A stretch of DNA of 64,000 nt from Octopus vulgaris (Eukaryota), in assembly GCA_951406725.2 (NCBI GenBank), contig OX597825.1:39804001-39868000 (forward strand). The letters are read 5' to 3'. The position numbers and the translations under genes are program-made. This document shows, piece after piece, positions 56,353 through 64,000 of the stretch. Position 1 is the stretch's first letter. The number at the start of each line of letters is the position of its first letter. The notes beneath the pieces were generated by a model. It did not search any database. It was not told where the DNA came from and saw only the letters and a program-made list of their open reading frames with translations.

Positions 56353-56406
56353 AATAATGATAATAATAATAATAGTAATAACACTAATAATAATATTAAT
56401 AACAAA

Positions 56407-56539
<133 letters not shown>

Positions 56540-56589
56540 ATTAATGCCATCATCAACATCATCATTATTATTATTATCAATAATCAGTA

Positions 56590-57205
56590 GTATTACTTGT
56601 TCACGTGCTTTCCCTGCACTAACAAGCACAGCTCTGCGTGCTCAGAGTATGTGCTGTGGTTTAATGTGATGCTCCTATGGTTACTGTATTGAAATTGTTT
56701 TACGTAGGATGTATGCAGTGCCTAGTAGTGCCTTTTTCTGTATGTTATATATATTCGTTATTCCTGGTGTTTTTGTTTGAATATTTTTATCATACCTAAT
56801 GCGCCGATGATGATAGGAATTGTTTCTGTTTTTAGACTCCATATTCGATTTACCTCCATTTCCAGGCTTTTGTATTTTGAAAGTTTCTCCATTTCTATTA
56901 GAGAAACGTTGTCACCTGTTGGTATTGATTTATCAATTAGAAAGCATATATTTTCTTCATAATCTCTGACAACTATATCTGGCCTGTTGGCCTTAATTTC
57001 TGAATCTTTGTGTATTGGCATATCCTGTTGTACTGTTGCTTTCTCACTTTCTGTGACCTTTTCTGGCGTGTGTCTATACCATGTTTTTTTCTGTTGTTAT
57101 TCTATAGTGTTTGCATAGCTTCCAGTGTATATAGGTCCCAAATCTATCGTTTCTTTGAATATATTCCTTCTTAGCCAGGACTGCGCAGCGAGAGCCAATA
57201 TGAGT
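56590..57205 (-). mobile_element. 5'-truncated R4/Dong-like RLE fragment in (TAA)n
   Basis: IKANRPDIVVRD..CFLID.SIP..EKLSKYKSL..IPIIIGALG; (TTA)n on both sides. Confidence 0.88.
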
Positions 57206-57243
57206 TATTATTATGATTATTATTATTATTATTATTATTATTA

Positions 57244-57340
<97 letters not shown>

Positions 57341-57407
57341 GTTGTTGTTATTATTGTTATTATTGTTATTATTATTATTATCATCATCATCATTATTATT
57401 ATTATTA

Positions 57408-57438
<31 letters not shown>

Positions 57439-57768
57439 AATTATTATTATTATCATTATTATTATTGTTGTTGTGGTTATTTTATATTATGAATTCAAAA
57501 TACCAATTAAAGAATAAATTGAATTTAGAATAACAAATTTCTATACAACATATTTTGCTTTTTTCTTCAACATTTAAAGAAATTTTTTTTCCTGTATGAT
57601 GCCGTGTGGCTCTTCTAGAAAACATATATTTTAAATGGAACTTATAAGTATGTTTGCGCATGTAACATATGTTGATTACCTAGTCTGAGCTTTTATGTTA
57701 ATTTGGGGGTTCGACCCGGGCACTTACAGAGCAGTTCTATATATTTTGTAACAAAGAATGATAATATA

Positions 57769-57851
<83 letters not shown>

Positions 57852-58364
57852 AGTGTGTGTCTAGATAGATAATTAAATAGATAGATGAGAGTACGTGCGT
57901 ATGTATGCGTCTTAGTGCTCACGTTTATTTTGTATTTATCGCTATATTTATGTTCCAGTGTTCAGAGCTCTCAACAATTATTATAATGGAAGAGTACCAA
58001 AAGCAACATATTTCCTAACGAAGTCGAACATCCTTCATATCCCTCCTACTTTTCTCACCTCTCTCTCACTTTCTTTGTCATACTGCTTGCTCTCTTTCTC
58101 TCTCACATTTTTATATGTATGTGTGTGCATCCACGCGCCTCTGTCTGTGTATGCGTGTGTATGTGTGTGTATGCGTGTGAATCATTCATTTCATTTACAC
58201 AATGCTCACGTGGAATTACACCTGCATATATACATGTATCTATGTGCATGCATTTGTGTGTATGTGCGTGTGTTTGTGTGTGTATTTGTGTGTGAGTGTG
58301 TCTGTGTGTGTTGTTTGTCTGGATTTGCGATATGTGACATCTATACAATGAATCCTTTTCGATA

Positions 58365-58525
58365 TATTCTTTTCTACTCTAGGCACAAGACTTCAAATTT
58401 GGGGGAGGGACCAGCCGATTAAATCTCAACTGGTACTTTATTTATCAAAGGATGAAAGGCAAAGTAGACAAAATACCGCCAAACATTTCGTTCATCATGC
58501 TAATGTTTCTGACAGCTCAGAACCT
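58365..58525 (-). mobile_element. Internally deleted Meta-SINE-like copy
   Basis: ctggtactttatttatc..ggatgaaaggcaaagt shared with 12015-12245. Confidence 0.7.
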
Positions 58526-59634
58526 TCCTTTTCGATATATTCACTCTGTTAGAAAATACATGTATATTTTTGTAACAACCTGAGGACTTCCAGATTAATA
58601 ATACTTGATGTATATATTCCCGAGTAATTAAAAATATTTCGTGATATGCTTTTAGCTCATTTTTTTGAATGCAAATCTAAATTTAAACGCATGTTACAGA
58701 CTTAAAATTCTCCATAGGCAATGTTTGCATGCTTACAAATTTGGCGATGGCTTAATCAGCGTATATTTACGTTGAACACTCATCGCAATTCTTTAATATT
58801 TATATCGAGATATCTTAATCTGCCGTTGGTAATTTAAAAATTGATTGAGTTTCCTTGAAAATGTCTACCATGCTTTGATACTTTTGCATTGGAAAATTTT
58901 ATAGTTTTGCAACTGCTTGTTTTTTCTCAAATGATTTGTTACTTCGTATGAAATGTTGTATAAAGAAGGTTAGTTGCGTGTCAGTTATAATGTAACACGT
59001 CATTTTTTGATGACAAGTGTCACCGTGTCCTTTTCAGATCCGTTTGAAGGTTAGATATATGGGCATCGAAATTATAACTAGAATAGGCGTATGTCAAAAC
59101 ACCAGCCGCATCTACTGAACCTCTGTAATTGTGTTTCTTCTTTCCGGTGCAGAACAATTGCCATTAGTTATCATATTTAATTCTGCTGGCTCATTCATCA
59201 CCTCCACTTCACAAAACTTTTTGCGCATATATATAATTCAATGAGAAGTAACACATATTACAAATAGACTGGATGTGGAAAGATTCCTTGCTAAGTATGA
59301 AATAAATGTTTAGTAGTTGCGTAGAATTGCGACTTCCATTTCGGACCACTCTCACATGTATAATAACAAAGTATTTTACTGGTATAGTGAACAAACTTCG
59401 ACAAATCAAATGACTCATTAGCAGAAATGGCTTAAGGACTTGTTCTCTTTGGAGAAAATAATGTTGTACAAATTACCTAAACAAAAAAATTTATAGCTCG
59501 AATGTTAGTTGAATTCGTTTTCGTTGTCACTCATTTGCACATGAATGTATATGACAACACTACTTATTTCCTTACACATCTCTTCCTCTCTCCCTACCCC
59601 TTCTCTCTCTATCTTGCTATATATGTATGTATAC

Positions 59635-59691
<57 letters not shown>

Positions 59692-59695
<4 letters not shown>

Positions 59696-60280
59696 ACACG
59701 GGCCCAAGTTGTAGTAGAACACATATGCACATGGTGCCATATGGCACGACTAAACCTAGAGTTCAGTTAGTGTTATGGGGATAATAACAATCATAATGGA
59801 ACAATCCTACATGTGACAAGTGATATATGATTGTAGTTCAAAATACTATGACGTTGAGTAGTCGGAGCAAACTCAAGAGGATTAAACAAACTCTCAAAGA
59901 GTTACGAAGTTCAGATAATTTATTTTATGCGAACTTTACCATATACAAAACCGTAAAATTATGGAAGATTAGTTAGCCGGTTTACTCGAGTTGCAATAAA
60001 CAGCAACAACAACTGCAGGAACAACAATTACACCAACAACAGTTCCAGAACAACAACAACAAATACTAAAATTAATGAATAGCAAGACGGGAAAAAGGCT
60101 GAGAAGGTATTCTTGCCAGATCATGTTGCAAACTCAATAACGAAATTTAAGTTTGAACCAAACGAAGGAGTTATTTTCGAGGTATACTTCAGAAGATACG
60201 AACAGGTCTTCAATAAAGAGTGTAAACATTAATTCGACGATATGAAAACGCATTTAATATTAAGAAAGCTGGCAGCAGGG
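59692..60280 (+). mobile_element. Ty3/gypsy 5' relic (possible LTR, degenerate PBS, gag N-terminus)
   Basis: [46 protein letters not shown] at ~60125-60270 resembles invertebrate gypsy Gag N-termini; starts with TGTGAC after (TA)n. Confidence 0.65.
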
Positions 60281-60353
60281 TACAGCTTGAGCCCGTGACA
60301 AAAATCTTGTAAACTGATTTGGAAGACGGAAACTAAAAGAATCCAGTTGTTTA

Positions 60354-60470
<117 letters not shown>

Positions 60471-60946
60471 GTATGTATGTATATATTTATATATACGGCG
60501 TGGTCGTGTGTGTGTGTAGGTGCATGTACATGAATCTGATTCTCCTTGTATCACTTATATCTATACGAACAACAATCTATAATTAGCAAACTTCGTAATA
60601 CCTCCTGATGAATTGCGATAAACATTGACTAACATGGATTTGATTTTAGGTAAAATTATGTTAACTACAACTTCATGACGTATATTTGTAGATAATGGCG
60701 TGTATACCCAATGAAGCATACGTTAAACGCAATTAGATTATGATCTGCGCTTGAGATTTAAGCTTTTCTGCATATCGTTAGAAATATATGCTGCTCTTAA
60801 GGATTCTTTTAGCTGCCCATGTAGATACATACAAGTCTATGCCAAGTGATTTGCTCTCAAGTTATCACATGTTTTGTTGACCTGTCTCATGCTGGATTCT
60901 AACGTGGACACTTCTCCGTGTTTGATTCCTGAATTCTGCATATATG

Positions 60947-61009
<63 letters not shown>

Positions 61010-61012
<3 letters not shown>

Positions 61013-62290
61013 GGTGAGTGTACAACCAAACCAATTTATTGGGTGTTACATATATCGAGATAATCAGTTTGATTCAAATGCGTTGGGCAATTTGAGTTTC
61101 AAGCGCGATGCTAGTCGTCAGCCACTTTGAATTTGAGTGCGATTGGTCGAGGAAGGTCATGCGGTATCGTGGTTAGACGTTGGTATATGGGTAACAGTCA
61201 GTTGGAAAATACTGCATGGCGAACCCGAAATTAACGATGTGGAGGACTGGAAACAATTAAGAAGTCGGTCAGGTAGATGGGAGGAAGTGGGAAAGTGTGG
61301 AATGTGCAAGTAAATGTCGGTGTGCTGACAGACTCATATAGTTTGTGTGCATGTGTATATTGATGTAACTGTGCGCATCTGTACAATGACGCGCACGTGC
61401 ATGTCTGCACACGCACACCCACGCTTCGATAAATAGGCACACATGTATACGCACACATATGCACACGCATAGGAGACATGCACTCACATACATGCATACA
61501 CATATGCGTATTCATTCATATGTAATATGCATATCTTAATGCATGTATGCATGCATATCATTGTGCGCGCACACACTTATACGCGTGCACATGTGCACTC
61601 GCATGCGCCCGTGTGCAGATATACACTCACAAAACAAGCTTTGGGGAATGATAAGTGTTAAGAATTTGTAAGTTTTGGGGGCTGGTGTGCGATGGGGGTT
61701 GGTAAACTGTAGGGATTGGTAAATTGCCGGCGTTGGTTGACAGCGGTGACCATGTTGCAGTGCGGTGCAAAGTAGCAGATGGTGCTAAGGTGGTATATCC
61801 GGGTTATCGGCAGTCAGAGGCCCGAAATTTTCCAGAAGGGCATATTTCTGGTGACAGCAATACGATAAATCGTATTTCTTGTTGATGGATACTGTAGGTT
61901 GTTGGGGGCTATGTAGTTTTTCGCGCAGGAAGACGTAACATTGGGGGCCTCGCATAAATATTGTCACCCCCATGTCGAATACAGTCCATATATGTATATA
62001 TATGCTGGGTATTTCATCTCGGAGATCACGGAGTCTCTAGAGAAAACGAGACAGGGAAGTGGATATGAACGAGTGTTTATGATGGGAGTATCTTCCCTTG
62101 AAGTCGTTAGCAGTCATACTCGTATAGTACCTAGTAATGCCGCAATTTTAGGTTGGTAAAAACTTATACAGGAAGAACGTTGTTCAAGGACCTACAAAAT
62201 GCGATCGAATATTTGACAAGGGGAACGCGTACGCGAAGTTTCTTAAATAGGCCTTCCTCATGGGCCCATTCACACACGCATGTACACACA
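61010..62290 (-). mobile_element. Degenerate Penelope-like 3' fragment (GIY-YIG, long 3' UTR, hammerhead remnant)
   Basis: Reverse strand YYTSMTANDFKGRYSHHKHSF (~62070-62130) aligns with YVGLTEGDFKARFNNHTLSF of the 18264 ORF; tgg CTGACGA ctagcatcgcgctt GAAAC at 61084-61124; (TA)n flanks. Confidence 0.7.
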
Positions 62291-62291
62291 C

Positions 62292-62357
<66 letters not shown>

Positions 62358-62602
62358 CACCTTGAAACTCGGGTACGTGTGTATCATGTGTTAAAGACGG
62401 GGAGGATGACTCCCCTTCACAAATACTGACAGGACACAGATAGTGTGTCTGTAGCCAGCGGGAGGAGGTGTCTTCCTGGGACTACAAACTACAGTAGCAT
62501 CCACCCTTTTGGGTTAGCCATATTCAAATGGCATATATGCATCACGCATATATATATATAAATATAAAATATATATATATATATGCATAGACATATATAT
62601 AC

Positions 62603-62684
<82 letters not shown>

Positions 62685-64000
62685 ATGTGTGGTGTGGATG
62701 TATGTATAAATAAATGTATATGTGTATTACATGCATAAATAGGCATGGATTTCTTTTATCGAACTGTTTGGATGATATCTGCCGGGTGGATATACCTTAT
62801 TTATTGAGAAAAAAGCTGCCAAAAATTCATGAGTAACATAATTAACAATTTTTCATGCATTTACAATGTGGATATAGGAACCGGAATTTCGGAATATTTG
62901 TCCATAGTTAACCTGATTTTTCTTTGAATTTCAAATGTTCACATAAGTAGGCTGTGGATTGTACAAAGAAAAATTTTTCTTCCGGCGCTCATTATATATA
63001 ACAATGTTACAATAGCAGCAAAAGTCTGAATAAGTGATCATCTCGTTGCTAAATTTTGCCTCACATATAAACTTGCAGCCCCACGTACCTCGAAAAAAAT
63101 TAATCATTCTATCGTAATCAAATTCTTGCACTTAATTCGCTGTAGATGGCCAATAAGCACAGCTCGGCAATTATTCCCTTGAAGTCAAATAAAATAAGTC
63201 TCAGGAGGTGTCTCAGCAAGTAGTTGGAAGTACAACCTATACTATATCATGCATAAACCTTCTGACCAACCCATCACAATCACCCTCTCTCATATTCTAT
63301 CACAGCCTTATTTCATCACCTCAGGTAGTACATTAGCATTTCAACTTTAATCTATATTCATCAATAACTTTCAACTGTAAAGCTACATGAACATATACAG
63401 AAATGCATAGATTTTATTATTAGATTTAGATCATTTATATTCTTCTCCTCACATATACGTCTCTCAATTCTATATTCTTCACAAAGGTTTTGAAATGACA
63501 TACAACTATTATTATTCATTAAAAGGCATAATAGGAATTTACTGTATCCTAAGAAACTACTTTTACAGAAAGTTTATCCTCCAATCTCTTTACATTGTTA
63601 AAGTTATTACCGTCGAGAGAAAACATTCAACAACTTCAGTGCTTCTAGACTTAATTTATTTTCTAATTTGCACCTTTTTCAAGACAGAATTTTGAAGACT
63701 CTTTACCAGTGTATCTTAACATCTCTGAATTCTAGTTAGTCCGTAGCTTATTTCGGCCTAATATCTGCACACAATTCACTCCTCTCTGTCATCATTCTAT
63801 AGTACAATGAACCAATCAAGATCAAACTATTAAGGATATGGAATAATTAACACTTCTTTCATGTACCTAAGTACAATATAGGCATAATCCCTTCCAACGA
63901 ATATACTTAAATCTTCTATTGCATCTGATTTATAAAAATTTTCTCTTAGTCAAAATCTTCCGGTGTTATATGATAGCTACGGATAATAACGTTCGTTGTA

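Noticed and set aside
60601-60630. CTGATGA heptamer, and similar isolated hits such as ~31168
   Set aside because: No properly placed GAAA or supporting stems

Overview
AT-rich eukaryotic genomic DNA, intronic or intergenic, saturated with (TA)n, (TAA)n, (CTT)n, (TAG)n, (CA)n and (CAT)n microsatellites. The repeat families and composition suggest a coleoid cephalopod such as Octopus (inference). No host protein-coding exon could be supported, and nearly all ORFs in the track are microsatellite artefacts. The real content is mobile DNA: (1) a full-length, apparently intact CR1-group LINE at ~34825-39591 whose ORF1 combines a Myb/SANT-like N-terminus, poly-Q and two CCCH fingers, followed by an APE-RT ORF2; (2) an internally deleted DD34E Tc1 transposon with IR/DR ends; (3) Penelope-like GIY-YIG fragments; (4) several R4/Dong-like RLE fragments, most at (TAA)n arrays; (5) two degenerate Ty3/gypsy relics and Tx1/L1 relics; (6) a small Helitron, SINEs and a fold-back element. 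The most notable layer is invisible in the ORF track: about a dozen intact or degenerate type I hammerhead ribozyme motifs in at least six non-coding repeat families. These include a ~545-bp circularly permuted retrozyme-like unit and a tRNA-headed SINE carrying a hammerhead. Most lie at microsatellites, and several show Penelope-style tandem or inverted junctions. All calls come from reading the sequence by eye; no search or folding was run.
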